A stretch of DNA of 7,507 nucleotides from Paraspadella gotoi. Its lineage: Eukaryota; Animalia; Chaetognatha. Positions 7,246 to 7,507 of the stretch are shown one piece after another (within the stretch, counting starts at the first letter, position 1; each line of letters begins with the position of its first letter). Under the pieces are notes generated by a model. The model was given only the letters and a program-made list of their open reading frames with translations. It ran no database searches and was not told the origin of the DNA. The position numbers were made by a program, and so were the translations under genes. Location: positions 1 through 7,507 of the forward strand of contig JBJCIZ010000463.1 in NCBI GenBank assembly GCA_051294375.1, given 5' to 3'.

Positions 7246-7507
7246 CTTTTATTTTAACTAAAAATGTTTATGTACAAGTTATCTTACATAAGTAAGTAAA
7301 AGTAGATTAAGTAAAAACCCAAAATGGCTGCTCTGGTTAATGGGGTCAATCTTGGATCCTTTTATTCGAGGATTGAATCTATATGCCCCCAGACGAGTCG
7401 ACGGAAGGAGAAACGAGGAATCAGGATTGAAAGATTCACGGATTGGGCTCAGAATCCTTGTTTTGCTGGTGTTAACAAGTGCGGAGAACCGCTGCGTAGT
7501 CCGGCGT

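Noticed and set aside
4557-7507. env-like third ORF or 3' LTR
   Set aside because: No long ORF with signal peptide, furin site or TM architecture, and no repeat of the LTR terminus preceded by a PPT.

Overview
Eukaryotic DNA in two compartments. Positions 1 to ~4525 are a GC-rich Ty3/Gypsy (Metaviridae) LTR retrotransposon with CsRN1-lineage signatures. It shows the probable last bases of the 5' LTR (..CCACA), a tRNA-Trp-like primer-binding site, and gag with a Cx2Hx9Cx3C (CHCC) knuckle. A G GGA AAC -1 frameshift site with a predicted H-type pseudoknot leads into an uninterrupted pol (PR-RT-RNase H-IN with a GPF module). No polypurine tract or 3' LTR follows pol. The sequence instead switches abruptly to AT-rich, low-complexity DNA (~4525-7507) with (CT)n and (GA)n microsatellites, a degenerate tRNA-like fold and two short GC-richer islands of uncertain nature. 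I found no wholly new biological system. The most unusual details are the D-G-G protease active site, the multiply-coded frameshift cassette, the variant and extended PBS, and the apparent 3' truncation of an otherwise intact element.
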